A stretch of 43,521 nucleotides of DNA from Gemmatimonadaceae bacterium (GCA_036797405.1 DAIRBC010000001.1:1-43521), one strand, 5' to 3'; counted from the first letter of the stretch, positions 28,499 through 37,686 are shown. Notes: generated by a model from the sequence alone, not told the origin. A program made the numbers and translations.

Positions 28499-28528
28499 AA
28501 AAGCCCCGTTGAACGGGGCTTTTTTTTT
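28499..28528. terminator. bidirectional Rho-independent terminator after the second csp gene
   Basis: AAAAGCCCCGTT-G-AACGGGGCTTTTTTTTT. Confidence 0.9.
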
Positions 28529-28541
28529 GGGTTTGAGACGG

Positions 28542-28751
28542 TCAGCTGACTTTTGTTACGTCCGCGGCCTGTGGTCCTTTCTGGCCCTGCACAACCTCGA
28601 ACTCGACCTTATCGCCCTCGGCGAGAGACTTGAATCCGGATCCACCGATTGCGCTGAAATGCACAAAGACGTCCGGGCCTCCCTCACGCGAAATGAAGCC
28701 AAATCCCTTGGCGTCGTTGAACCATTTGACCGTGCCAGTGATGCGTGCCAT
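28542..28751 (-). CDS. csp: cold-shock protein (CspA family)
   Basis: [20 protein letters not shown]...[16 protein letters not shown]; 69 aa. Confidence 0.97.
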   Translation of the reverse strand: MARITGTVKWFNDAKGFGFISREGGPDVFVHFSAIGGSGFKSLAEGDKVEFEVVQGQKGPQAADVTKVS

Positions 28752-28881
28752 TGAACTAATCCTCTCCCCGCGGGGCAATCCGTAAAGCGTCTACCTTGGG
28801 CTAGCAAGCGTGGAGAAACGCTTCGCTTGACCATTCGGCGATGCAGAGGAAGGCGCAAGTTTTGTGCAACAGGCTGGAGTC

Positions 28882-29091
28882 TTACGCCGCTCCAGCCACG
28901 TAGTGCGCCGATCTTCCGCAGCTCTTGCAACGCAGGGTCACATGGGTGTAGGGCGGAGGCGGTATCTGACGTGGATCTCGTTCGATCGAACCTGAGCAGG
29001 AAGGACAACTCAGGGGAGATCCACTCCGATCGTTGCTGATGAGGAAGAGTGCTTGGGCGGGATTGTACGCATTCGGACGTGGCTTGCGCAT
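28882..29091 (-). CDS. small Zn-ribbon protein, 69 aa
   Basis: Strong AAGGAG RBS; CPSC...CKSC. Confidence 0.75.
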   Translation of the reverse strand: MRKPRPNAYNPAQALFLISNDRSGSPLSCPSCSGSIERDPRQIPPPPYTHVTLRCKSCGRSAHYVAGAA

Positions 29092-29214
29092 ATATGGTCT
29101 CCTTTGCTTCTACGCAGCTGTTCACCCGAGCGCTGCAGGGGTGAGCTTTGACCGCTATTCACTGAAGAAGAGCCATCCACATTTGTGACTTCTGGCATGG
29201 CTCTCAGCACCGAC

Positions 29215-29242
29215 TTATACCTACAACGGGACGAAACGTTCC
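29215..29242 (-). promoter_or_regulatory. candidate ECF-sigma promoter GGAAC-N17-GTAT
   Basis: Minus strand GGAAC-gtttcgtcccgttgtag-GTATAA, just downstream of the S41 terminator. Confidence 0.5.
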
Positions 29243-29273
29243 CGCAGCCGGAAGCCAGCTCTGGACGGGCAAT

Positions 29274-29309
29274 AAAAAACCCCGGCGGGATCGAATCCCG
29301 CCGGGGTTT
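29274..29309 (-). terminator. Rho-independent terminator of the S41 peptidase gene
   Basis: AAACCCCGGCGGGAT-CGA-ATCCCGCCGGGGTTT, with a T6 tract on the minus strand. Confidence 0.9.
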
Positions 29310-29323
29310 CGCTTAGCCGGCGG

Positions 29324-30919
29324 CTATTGGCGCGCGGATGCGGTAGCCTGCTCCCGCTGGGCGATCGCGAACAGATCCTTTTGCGACTGGCTCTGTCTGA
29401 GAACGTCGATCGCGCGCATCAACTGGTTGTCTTCAGGAATGCCGCGACGCTTGGCGGTTGAATCACCGAATGCCAGACGTGCCACCGTATTGCCGAGGAG
29501 GCGATCGATTTCGGGACCGGCCGCCTCGTACTGCGCGTGATCGACCGTTACACCTTTGGCCTTGAGCCGGTTGTAGAACTCCTCGCGCCATGCCGGCGCC
29601 ACCGTGAAGTTCGGCTTGACCGTCTTCTTCAACTCCAGCGAATAATCGATAAGAGTGGCTCTGACATCCGCGGTCTTGGGAGCGAAGGCGTTGAAGACCT
29701 TTTGTTCGATGGTCGTCAGGGTGTCAGGTCTCACGATTATGTCTGGCGTGATTGCACCCCCGCCATACACGACGCGACCGGCATCCGACTTGAAGGTCGG
29801 ACGCGAGCGACGCACTGAATCTGTCTCCAGGGAATCCGGCATCACCTCGACAAAGTCTCCACTCGGAAGAAGCTTGCGCTCCTTCTGGATTGAGCGACCG
29901 CTCGGCGTGTACCATTTTGCGGTGGTCATCTTGAGGGCGTAACCGCCATCGAGCGGGAACACCGACTGTACGAGTCCCTTTCCAAACGAAGTCGTCCCGA
30001 CAATCAGCGCCCGATCGTGATCCTGGAGTGCGCCAGCGACGATCTCGGATGCCGAGGCACTTCTGCCATCGGTGAGAAGAACGAGGGGAATCGTTGGTGC
30101 GACGGGATCATCACTGGCGAGGAATGTCTGATTCTCACCGTTACGTGCGCGAATGCTGGAGATTTGCAGCCCCCTCTTCAGGAAGAGGTTGCTCACGCTC
30201 AACGACTGATCGAGAATGCCGCCCGGATTGCCGCGCAGATCGATGATGATCCCCTTGGCCCCGCTTCGTGTGAGCCTGGTTACCGAAGACTCGATCTCAT
30301 CCTTCGCGCTCTCGTTGAACTGGAGGAGCGGGATGTAGCCAATCTTCCCATCCAGCATCATCGCGTAGGGGACCGCGGGAATATTGATGAGAGCGCGCGT
30401 GAATGTGATTGGAATCAGCTCGGGTACGCCGGGGCGCGAGAACTTGACCAGCACCTTGCTGCCCGGGGTCCCCTTGAGAGCCTCGGATGTCTGCGAGACG
30501 GTCCAGCCGCGGGTGTTCGTCGTGTCGACGAAGTTGATGCGATCGCCTTCCTGCACGCCCGCCTGTTCGGCGGGCGTATGAGGAAAAACGCGCTGGACAG
30601 AGATGAAGCCCTGAGTTTCGGCGATCTCCATGCCAATGCCCGCGTAGCGACCGTTGGTTTGCGCATTGAAGGAGGACAGCTCCTTCGGCGACAGCAGGAC
30701 GCTGTATGGGTCGTTCAGCTCGTGAACCAGGCCACGCGCGGCCTTCTCGTAGAGGGTAGCTGCGTCGACGGTATCAACGAAACGGCTGGAGACGATGTTG
30801 AGCACCTGATCGAGGAGCCGAGCACCCTGCTGGGTCTCGCGCTGCTGGAATACGAAACCTCCGGCCATCACTGGAATCAGAAGGAGGCCGAAGAGCATGT
30901 TTTTTCTGGATCGCGACAT
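29324..30919 (-). CDS. S41A carboxyl-terminal processing protease (CtpA/Prc-like, PDZ domain)
   Basis: LNDPYS, IIDLRGNPGG, SASASEIVAGALQD, SFGKGLVQ, WYTPSGRSIQ. Confidence 0.95.
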   Translation of the reverse strand: MSRSRKNMLFGLLLIPVMAGGFVFQQRETQQGARLLDQVLNIVSSRFVDTVDAATLYEKAARGLVHELNDPYSVLLSPKELSSFNAQTNGRYAGIGMEIAETQGFISVQRVFPHTPAEQAGVQEGDRINFVDTTNTRGWTVSQTSEALKGTPGSKVLVKFSRPGVPELIPITFTRALINIPAVPYAMMLDGKIGYIPLLQFNESAKDEIESSVTRLTRSGAKGIIIDLRGNPGGILDQSLSVSNLFLKRGLQISSIRARNGENQTFLASDDPVAPTIPLVLLTDGRSASASEIVAGALQDHDRALIVGTTSFGKGLVQSVFPLDGGYALKMTTAKWYTPSGRSIQKERKLLPSGDFVEVMPDSLETDSVRRSRPTFKSDAGRVVYGGGAITPDIIVRPDTLTTIEQKVFNAFAPKTADVRATLIDYSLELKKTVKPNFTVAPAWREEFYNRLKAKGVTVDHAQYEAAGPEIDRLLGNTVARLAFGDSTAKRRGIPEDNQLMRAIDVLRQSQSQKDLFAIAQREQATASARQ

Positions 30920-30955
30920 ACGGGCTATGTAATTGAGGAGGGCGTTAACCTAATA

Positions 30956-30983
30956 AGATACGCCCGCGAGGAGGCAGTGTTCC
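30956..30983 (-). promoter_or_regulatory. candidate ECF-sigma promoter GGAAC-N17-GTAT
   Basis: Minus strand GGAAC-actgcctcctcgcgggc-GTATCT, about 37 nt upstream of the S41 ATG. Confidence 0.5.
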
Positions 30984-31026
30984 AAGAATGACGCACAAAA
31001 GACACCAACGGACACATCGTGACTGG

Positions 31027-31878
31027 TCAGGCGGCTCTCGAGGCGAGCACGTAATCGACTAGCCAGTCGCGGTTCAGCTGCCGGAAGGTCGCGTCGCGCA
31101 GCAATCCAGCCGCGAGGAGCATCTCATGGGCGGGCTGGAGCACTCGTTGCAAGTGTGAGGGATACCGCTGAGTAAGCGGCAACTGCTCGGCGAGCGAAGC
31201 GAGTGGCACTCTCCAGGTCACCATTCCTTCCTCGCGGGCGACTTCGAGAAGTCTGTAGAGCCTGCGCGCGACTGGATTGGTGAGCGAGAGGTAGTGAATG
31301 GCGGAAAGCGTGACGGTGTGACCGGCAGCAATGTTCGAGCGGATAAGCGGTCCGATCGTGACGTGTGCGTCGCCGGGCTCTGATGCCGTCAGGACGGGAA
31401 ACAAGGTGAATTGTTCGCGCTCGGCCAGCCTGCGCCGCGCGATGGAGACAGAAGAAAGTATGGTGAAGCGTCCTTCTAGCGGCTGTCCTTCGCTTGCTGC
31501 AACGTACACCCCGCTGGACTCGAGAATGGTTCGCTCGAGCCTGGTGAGGGCGGACCGGAGCTGTTCGTACGTTCGGCCATCAACACGTCGCCCGATCGAA
31601 CGCAGGAAGGCGTGGAGGGTAAAGCTGACCACCCCATCATCGGGGGATCCTGCTTCGTGGTAGCGGTGCAGGAGCTCGATGTAGACATCCTGATCGAAGG
31701 TGCCGGGCAAGCGGTCGCCCGGACTGGGCAGAACGCGCCAGCGCCCGCCGCTCTCAGGGGAGAAGGAGATTGCCGAGTCCTCGGCGGAGTCGCTCAGCCG
31801 GAAGATGGGAAGCGATTCGAGCGACCGATCGAGGACGATAGCACGCGTCGCGATTCGCCGACGGGCCACGTAAGTCAT
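31027..31878 (-). CDS. plasmid-type replication initiator protein A (RPA/RepA winged-helix family)
   Basis: LPIFRLS, LPGTFDQDVYIEL, FTLHAFLRSIGR..DGRTYEQLRSALTRL, YLSLTNPVARRLYRLL match the RPA-family pattern (P.F.L / P...D.DV / GG..Y..L..AL.RL / Y..L..P..RRLYR.L). Confidence 0.8.
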   Translation of the reverse strand: MTYVARRRIATRAIVLDRSLESLPIFRLSDSAEDSAISFSPESGGRWRVLPSPGDRLPGTFDQDVYIELLHRYHEAGSPDDGVVSFTLHAFLRSIGRRVDGRTYEQLRSALTRLERTILESSGVYVAASEGQPLEGRFTILSSVSIARRRLAEREQFTLFPVLTASEPGDAHVTIGPLIRSNIAAGHTVTLSAIHYLSLTNPVARRLYRLLEVAREEGMVTWRVPLASLAEQLPLTQRYPSHLQRVLQPAHEMLLAAGLLRDATFRQLNRDWLVDYVLASRAA

Positions 31879-31889
31879 GCAGAGAGAAT

Positions 31890-33188
31890 ATGTCACTGAT
31901 CAAGTACATCGCAATCGGCGCGCTGTTGTTGTTTGCTCTGGTGTTGGCACTGATCGGCATCCTTTCCGTCACCCACGACACGCCGGTGCGCAATGTGATT
32001 GCAGAGGGGGACAAGGACGGTCCTCCGGCGATCGCAGACTCGCTGTTTTCGCGCAGCATCGAACTCTTCACCGGGACGCACATCGATCCCGGCAACAAAG
32101 TCGAGGTTCTGCTGAACGGGGACGGCACCTACCCACGGCTGTGGAAAGACCTCGAATCCGCCCAGCGCACCATCACGGTACAGATGTATTACTCGCAGCC
32201 GGGCGCAGTTGCGGACACCATGGCGAAGTATCTGATCGACAGAGCGCGCCACAAGGTGCGTGTGCTGTTGCTGCTCGACGCGTTTGGCTCGCAACCGCTC
32301 AAGCGGGATTGGCTGCAGCGGGTCAAGGCAGCGGGCGTCGAGGTAGTGTGGCTCAGACCCCTTCGATGGTACAGTCTGCAGAAAGCCGCGCAGCGGTCAC
32401 ACGTACGCGTGGTCGTGGTCGATGGCCGAATCGGATATACCGGTGGGTTCGGTTTGGCCGACTACTGGTTGGGCGATGGGCACCACGAAGACCAGTGGCG
32501 GGAGACGAACGTTCGATTCGAAGGCCCGACCGTCGCCGCGCTTCAGGCCACTTTCGCTGCGGGCTGGGCTGAGGCAACCGGAGAGCTGTTGACCGGGGAC
32601 ATGTTCTTCCCGAAAAGCTCATTTGCTGAAGTCGGCAACATGAAGGCTGGCTTGATGCACAGCGTCCCCAGCATGGGCAGCACACCAGCGGAGCGCTTTC
32701 TCGCGCTCTCGATCGCCGGCGCGCGAAAGTCCCTCTATATCAGCAACTCCTATTTCGTGCCGGGAGAGAGTTTCATGCAGCTACTGCTCGCCGCGCAGCG
32801 AAGGGGTGTCGATGTACGCGTCCTGACGGTGAGCAATAAAACAGACGTCAAGACGACGTGGTACGCGGGAAGAACGTATTACGAGAAGCTGCTGGAAGGA
32901 GGCGTGAAGATCTACGAGTATCAACCGACGATGATACACGCCAAGAGCATGGTGGTCGACGGCATCTGGTCCTATGTCGGCTCGATGAACTTCGACAATC
33001 GATCGCTTTCGTTCAACGACGAATCGCTGCTGGTTGCTCTCGATCCGGTGGTGGGAGCGCAGATGAACTCGATCTTCATGGATGACATCAAGTCGTCCCA
33101 GGAGATGAAGCTCGAGGAGTTTCGCAAGCGTCCGTTGTCGAACAAGGTCCTGGAGTGGTGCGCGCAGAAGCTGCGACGCGTGCTCTAG
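31890..33188 (+). CDS. cls: cardiolipin synthase-like phospholipase D
   Basis: N-terminal TM; GNKVEVLLNG, LLLDAFGS; motif 1 HVRVVVVD..GYTGG; ISNSYFVP; motif 2 HAKSMVVD..GSMNFD.RS. Confidence 0.9.
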   Translation: MSLIKYIAIGALLLFALVLALIGILSVTHDTPVRNVIAEGDKDGPPAIADSLFSRSIELFTGTHIDPGNKVEVLLNGDGTYPRLWKDLESAQRTITVQMYYSQPGAVADTMAKYLIDRARHKVRVLLLLDAFGSQPLKRDWLQRVKAAGVEVVWLRPLRWYSLQKAAQRSHVRVVVVDGRIGYTGGFGLADYWLGDGHHEDQWRETNVRFEGPTVAALQATFAAGWAEATGELLTGDMFFPKSSFAEVGNMKAGLMHSVPSMGSTPAERFLALSIAGARKSLYISNSYFVPGESFMQLLLAAQRRGVDVRVLTVSNKTDVKTTWYAGRTYYEKLLEGGVKIYEYQPTMIHAKSMVVDGIWSYVGSMNFDNRSLSFNDESLLVALDPVVGAQMNSIFMDDIKSSQEMKLEEFRKRPLSNKVLEWCAQKLRRVL

Positions 33189-33212
33189 TAGTTTCTCCCT
33201 CTGGCCCGCGAT

Positions 33213-36200
33213 GTGACTGGTGCTGCTTCCATGTTAGCGCGATTTCATCCTCTGGTAGAACAGTGGTTCGAGGAGACATTCGGCGAGCCGAGCGATCCGC
33301 AGCGGTCGGGATGGCCGGCGATCGCAACTGGATCGCATACGCTGATTCTCGCTCCCACCGGTACCGGAAAAACGCTGGCGGCCTTTCTGTGGGAGCTGAA
33401 TGAGCTGATCGTGCGCGGGCTCGAAGAACCACTCCCGAATGCGGTGCACCTTCTCTACATCTCGCCCCTCAAGGCCCTCAACAACGACATTCAAAGGAAT
33501 CTGGATCGTCCTCTCGCGGACCTGCGAAGCCGGTTCGCAGCTGCCGGACAGGAATTCCCGGAAATACGAGTCGCCGTGCGGACTGGCGACACACCGGCCT
33601 CAGCGCGGGCACGAATGCTCCGCAAGTCTCCTCATATCCTGATCACGACGCCCGAATCGCTGAACATCATGCTGACGACGCTCAAGGGGCGTGGGATGTT
33701 CAGCAGGACGCGCGCGGTGATCGTCGACGAGATACATGCGATTGCGGGAACGAAGCGAGGGTCGCATCTGGCTCTCACGCTTGAGAGGCTCGAAGCGCTG
33801 GTCGAGACCTCGCCACAGAGAATCGGTCTTTCCGCCACGCAGAGGCCGCTCGAGGAAGTCGCGCGATTTCTGGGCGGCTGCGAGGACCACGCAGGCGGCG
33901 TACCCCGGTTCCGGCCGGTCACGATAGTCGATTGCGGAATGACGAAGGAGATGTTGATCTCGGTCGAATCGCCCGTCGCCGATCTCGGAAATGTTGGAGG
34001 GAGCATCTGGCCGGCGGTTGCACCGCTCGTGCTGCGTCACATTCGAGAATCCAGTACCACACTGGTGTTCGTCAATAACAGGGCACAGGCGGAGAAGATC
34101 GCGGCACGGGTCAATACGCTCGCGGAAGAGGAGATTGCTCTCCCTTATCACGGATCCCTGGCGAGGGAGCGGCGTTTTGCCCTCGAGGAACGCCTCAAGG
34201 CCGGCTCGCTCCGCGCACTCATTACTACGAGCTCCCTCGAGCTGGGAATTGACATTGGTTCGGTAGATCTTGTGATCCAGCTCCAGTCGCCGAAGCGTGT
34301 CGCGTCGGCGCTCCAACGAATTGGGCGCGCCGGGCATACGCTGGGAGTACCGAGCCGCGGAATCCTGGTGCCGACATTCCGCGACGATGCGGTGGAGATT
34401 GCCGCAATCGTCGCGGCGATGCGGGCAGGGGAGGTAGAGCCCACCCATGTAGTTCAGAACGCGCTCGATGTACTGGCGCAAGTGATCGTCGCGGCAGTAT
34501 CGGTCGACGATTGGCGGAGCGAAGACCTGTTCAGGCTGGTCCATCGATCGTATCCGTACCACCAGCTCACGCGGAGCGCGTTCGACGAAGTGCTGGCGAT
34601 GCTGTCTGGGAAATATCCCTCCGATATCGCGGCGGAGCTCGAGCCGAGGATTACGTGGGATCGTGTGAACGACAGGCTGACCGGCTCCCGCGCGGCGCGC
34701 ATGACGGCTGTCATCTCGGGCGGGACTATTCCCGATCGCGGGTTGTACACGGTCAACCTGCCCGACCGAACACGTCTCGGCGAGCTGGACGAAGAATTCG
34801 TGCACGAATCCAGGATGGGAGATGTATTTCAGCTCGGCTCCTCTACCTGGAGGATCGCGGCGATCGAACACGACCGCGTCGTCGTAACACCGGCACCAGG
34901 GACGCCCGCGCGGATGCCGTTCTGGCACGGGGAATACATGGCGCGATCGCTGATGCTCAGTCACCGGGTTGGCGCGCTTCGTCGCGAGCTGGCGGAAGCG
35001 CCCGATGAAAAAGATCTCGCGGACCGATACGGCTGTGACGCCGCGACGGCAAACTCCATTGTGAAATACATCGCGTCCCAGCGGGCAGCGACAGGCATCG
35101 TGCCCGACGACAAGAATATCGTGGTCGAGCAGTTCAGAGATGAAACCGGCGCGGTGCGCATTGTGATTCACGCCGCGTTCGGCGGGAGAATCAACGCACC
35201 GTGGGGAATGGCTCTCGCCCAGCGCGTGCGCGAGGCCATCAACAACACTGATCTTCAGGTACAGACGACGGACGACGGAATCATGCTGCGTCTTCCCGAT
35301 CTCGGAATGACCACGCCCATCCAGGCGCTGCTGGGCCTTTCCGGTGCGGAAGCGGAGCGACGTATTCTGGAAGAAGTAGGAGCGACGTCGCTCTTTGGTG
35401 CGCGATTCAGAATGAATGCGGCAAGGGCGCTGTTGCTCCCGCGCGGGAATCCCCGGCGCAGAATGCCCCTTTGGCTGCAGCGATTGAAGTCGCTCGATTT
35501 GCTGCAGACGGTGCGGCAGTTCCCGAGCTTTCCAATTCTGGTCGAGACCTACCGCGAAGTATTGCAAGATGCTTTCGACATGGATGGTCTCAAGTCGACG
35601 CTCGCTGACATTGCCGCCGGGAATATCCGCATTCACAACGTCAATACCGACGTTCCGTCCCCATTTGCGGCGAGTCTGCAATTCGGATTCGTAATGGACT
35701 GGCTTTACGGCGATGACACACCACGAGCGGAACAGAGGGCCGCACTCCTGTCGCTCGATCGCGCTCTCCTCGACGAAGTGATGGGTGGTGAGGGGAGCGA
35801 TGACACCACGCTGGAGGCGATCGAGCAGACGCTCGCGGAAAGACGAGGCACAACGGCCGGCAGGCGAGCACGGACAGATGACGAGCTCGCGCACCTGGTC
35901 GACAGAGCGGGCGATCTGACCGGGGAAGAAGTCAGATCTCGCGTGGCAACTCCGGACGAAGGTGCACGGGGAGATCCCTTCGCGGAGCTTCTTACAGGCC
36001 GCCGCGTAGTCGCAATCCAACTGGGAGCGGACGGAGCGCGAGAATGGCGATTCATCCTTACCGAGACCTATCCGAGATACGTCTCGGCGTTCAGCGCGGA
36101 GGAGCTGGCTCGCGTGCGTCAGGGTGCGAAGCTGATCGAACAGGATGCAGCGACGGTAATTCCCGATGTGCTCCTCCATCCTTCGATCAATGCGTCAATC

Positions 36201-37682
36201 GCGCGGCGGGAGATCCTTGCGCGGTTCCTGACACAATCCGGACCGGTGACAGCGCAGGAGATTCAGGACCGCTATGGATGGCCATCTGAATGGATCGAGT
36301 CTCGACTCACCGAGTGGGAGAGGATGGGGAAGCTCATTCGCGGAAAATTCCGTCGCGAGATACAGGACATCGAATGGTGCTCGCGACGAGTGGTCGAGAT
36401 CGGACGCAGGCGAGCACTCGCCGCGCTTCGCAAGCAGATCGAAGCGGTGGAGCTTCCGCATTTTTCAGCCTTCATGCAGCGCTGGCAGCATCTCGACGAA
36501 CGCGATCGCCTCGAAGGAATGCCGGGCACAGCCACGGCAGTCCGACAACTATATGGTATAGCGCGCCCGCCGGGTGCCTGGGACCGCGACTATCTGCGTG
36601 CAAGAGTAAAAGGATACGACCCTCAGGCGCTGTCGCAGTTCAGCGCGACAGGTGAGCCCGTTTGGGTGGGAGAGGGCAATTACGATCCCGAGTCCGGCGC
36701 GATACCACTCGGCCGGGTGCGTTTCTTCGAGCGCGGCACTGGGGCGATCTGGTTGGCGGATCAGGAGCAGCCCGTGCTCAGTGAGAACGCCGAGAAAGTG
36801 CGAGCAACAATCGCGGCGGAGGGCGCGTCATTCATCGGTGACATACAGGCCATAACCGGGCTCACGATGCTGGCCGTTCGTGAAGCGATCCGAGAGCTGG
36901 TAGCGTGGGGGTTGGTTACGAACGACACGGTGGAGGCTCTTCGTGAAGTCGGTCGCTGGAAACCGATGACACCGCGCACCGGTCCTGATCCGACGAGCTG
37001 GCTCCCCGCCGATTACACACCGTCTCCCAATCGCAGAATAGTTCAACGGCGTCCCAACCTGCGCCGACTTCCCAAGTGGAGACGTCCGGATAGGCCGGGT
37101 GCAGCGGCAGGGGGCTGGACAGGGCGTTGGTCTCTCGTACGCAGGCGCGGAACTCTCGGTCCGGACCTTCCGGAAGAAGAAAGAGCAGAACGAATCGCGC
37201 GTCAGTGGCTCGCGCGCTATGGAATTGTCTCACGGGATTGGTGGCGTCGCGAGCGGCCTCCGGTAACGTGGCGGGCAATCTACCGCGAGCTCAAGCGACT
37301 CGAGTTTCGCGGAGAAGTACGGCGCGGCTATTTCGTAAAAGGACTTGGTGGAGCGCAGTTCGCTTTGCCTGATGCTGTCGAGTGGCTCCGCGCGATTGCG
37401 AGCGAGGATCAATCGTCGGTGAATTTTGTGGTGATGGCGGCGAGCGATCCCGCGAATGTCTACAACCTGCCGTTGGAGCTCGTCGATCGTGACCCATTGT
37501 CGAGACCACGGGGCTCGGGGGCATTGCTGGTAATGCGCGGCGGGCGGGTTGCCATCGCGGTGGAGGCGAGAGGGCGTCGTTTCACTGTCGCAGACTGGCT
37601 ATCGTCCGAGGAAGCCACGACCGCAAAGAAAGCGCTACTCGACCATCTGCGCGGCGAGCGATCAGCGCGCTACGTGATGTAG
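33213..37682 (+). CDS. lhr: Lhr-family SF2 helicase, full length with C-terminal winged-helix/glycosylase-like domain
   Basis: APTGTGKT, YISPLKAL, TTPESL, DEIH, GLSAT, QRIGRAGH, GGTIPDRG, ARYGIV, RRGYFV.GLGGAQFA. Start 33213 or ATG 33231. Confidence 0.95.
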   Translation: MTGAASMLARFHPLVEQWFEETFGEPSDPQRSGWPAIATGSHTLILAPTGTGKTLAAFLWELNELIVRGLEEPLPNAVHLLYISPLKALNNDIQRNLDRPLADLRSRFAAAGQEFPEIRVAVRTGDTPASARARMLRKSPHILITTPESLNIMLTTLKGRGMFSRTRAVIVDEIHAIAGTKRGSHLALTLERLEALVETSPQRIGLSATQRPLEEVARFLGGCEDHAGGVPRFRPVTIVDCGMTKEMLISVESPVADLGNVGGSIWPAVAPLVLRHIRESSTTLVFVNNRAQAEKIAARVNTLAEEEIALPYHGSLARERRFALEERLKAGSLRALITTSSLELGIDIGSVDLVIQLQSPKRVASALQRIGRAGHTLGVPSRGILVPTFRDDAVEIAAIVAAMRAGEVEPTHVVQNALDVLAQVIVAAVSVDDWRSEDLFRLVHRSYPYHQLTRSAFDEVLAMLSGKYPSDIAAELEPRITWDRVNDRLTGSRAARMTAVISGGTIPDRGLYTVNLPDRTRLGELDEEFVHESRMGDVFQLGSSTWRIAAIEHDRVVVTPAPGTPARMPFWHGEYMARSLMLSHRVGALRRELAEAPDEKDLADRYGCDAATANSIVKYIASQRAATGIVPDDKNIVVEQFRDETGAVRIVIHAAFGGRINAPWGMALAQRVREAINNTDLQVQTTDDGIMLRLPDLGMTTPIQALLGLSGAEAERRILEEVGATSLFGARFRMNAARALLLPRGNPRRRMPLWLQRLKSLDLLQTVRQFPSFPILVETYREVLQDAFDMDGLKSTLADIAAGNIRIHNVNTDVPSPFAASLQFGFVMDWLYGDDTPRAEQRAALLSLDRALLDEVMGGEGSDDTTLEAIEQTLAERRGTTAGRRARTDDELAHLVDRAGDLTGEEVRSRVATPDEGARGDPFAELLTGRRVVAIQLGADGAREWRFILTETYPRYVSAFSAEELARVRQGAKLIEQDAATVIPDVLLHPSINASIARREILARFLTQSGPVTAQEIQDRYGWPSEWIESRLTEWERMGKLIRGKFRREIQDIEWCSRRVVEIGRRRALAALRKQIEAVELPHFSAFMQRWQHLDERDRLEGMPGTATAVRQLYGIARPPGAWDRDYLRARVKGYDPQALSQFSATGEPVWVGEGNYDPESGAIPLGRVRFFERGTGAIWLADQEQPVLSENAEKVRATIAAEGASFIGDIQAITGLTMLAVREAIRELVAWGLVTNDTVEALREVGRWKPMTPRTGPDPTSWLPADYTPSPNRRIVQRRPNLRRLPKWRRPDRPGAAAGGWTGRWSLVRRRGTLGPDLPEEERAERIARQWLARYGIVSRDWWRRERPPVTWRAIYRELKRLEFRGEVRRGYFVKGLGGAQFALPDAVEWLRAIASEDQSSVNFVVMAASDPANVYNLPLELVDRDPLSRPRGSGALLVMRGGRVAIAVEARGRRFTVADWLSSEEATTAKKALLDHLRGERSARYVM

Positions 37683-37686
37683 TGCT

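Noticed and set aside
29162..29245. CTGAAGA followed by a stem and a later GAAAC, hammerhead-like
   Set aside because: GAAA does not directly follow stem II, and stems I and III cannot be formed.
30992..31007. TGGTGTCTTTTGTGCG (minus strand) upstream of S41, and TTGCACAAAACTTGCG upstream of the second csp
   Set aside because: Too many mismatches to the sigma-54 consensus, or lacking the GG; within chance.
33600..36179. 859-aa antisense ORF within lhr
   Set aside because: Shadow frame of a GC-rich gene; no recognisable motifs.
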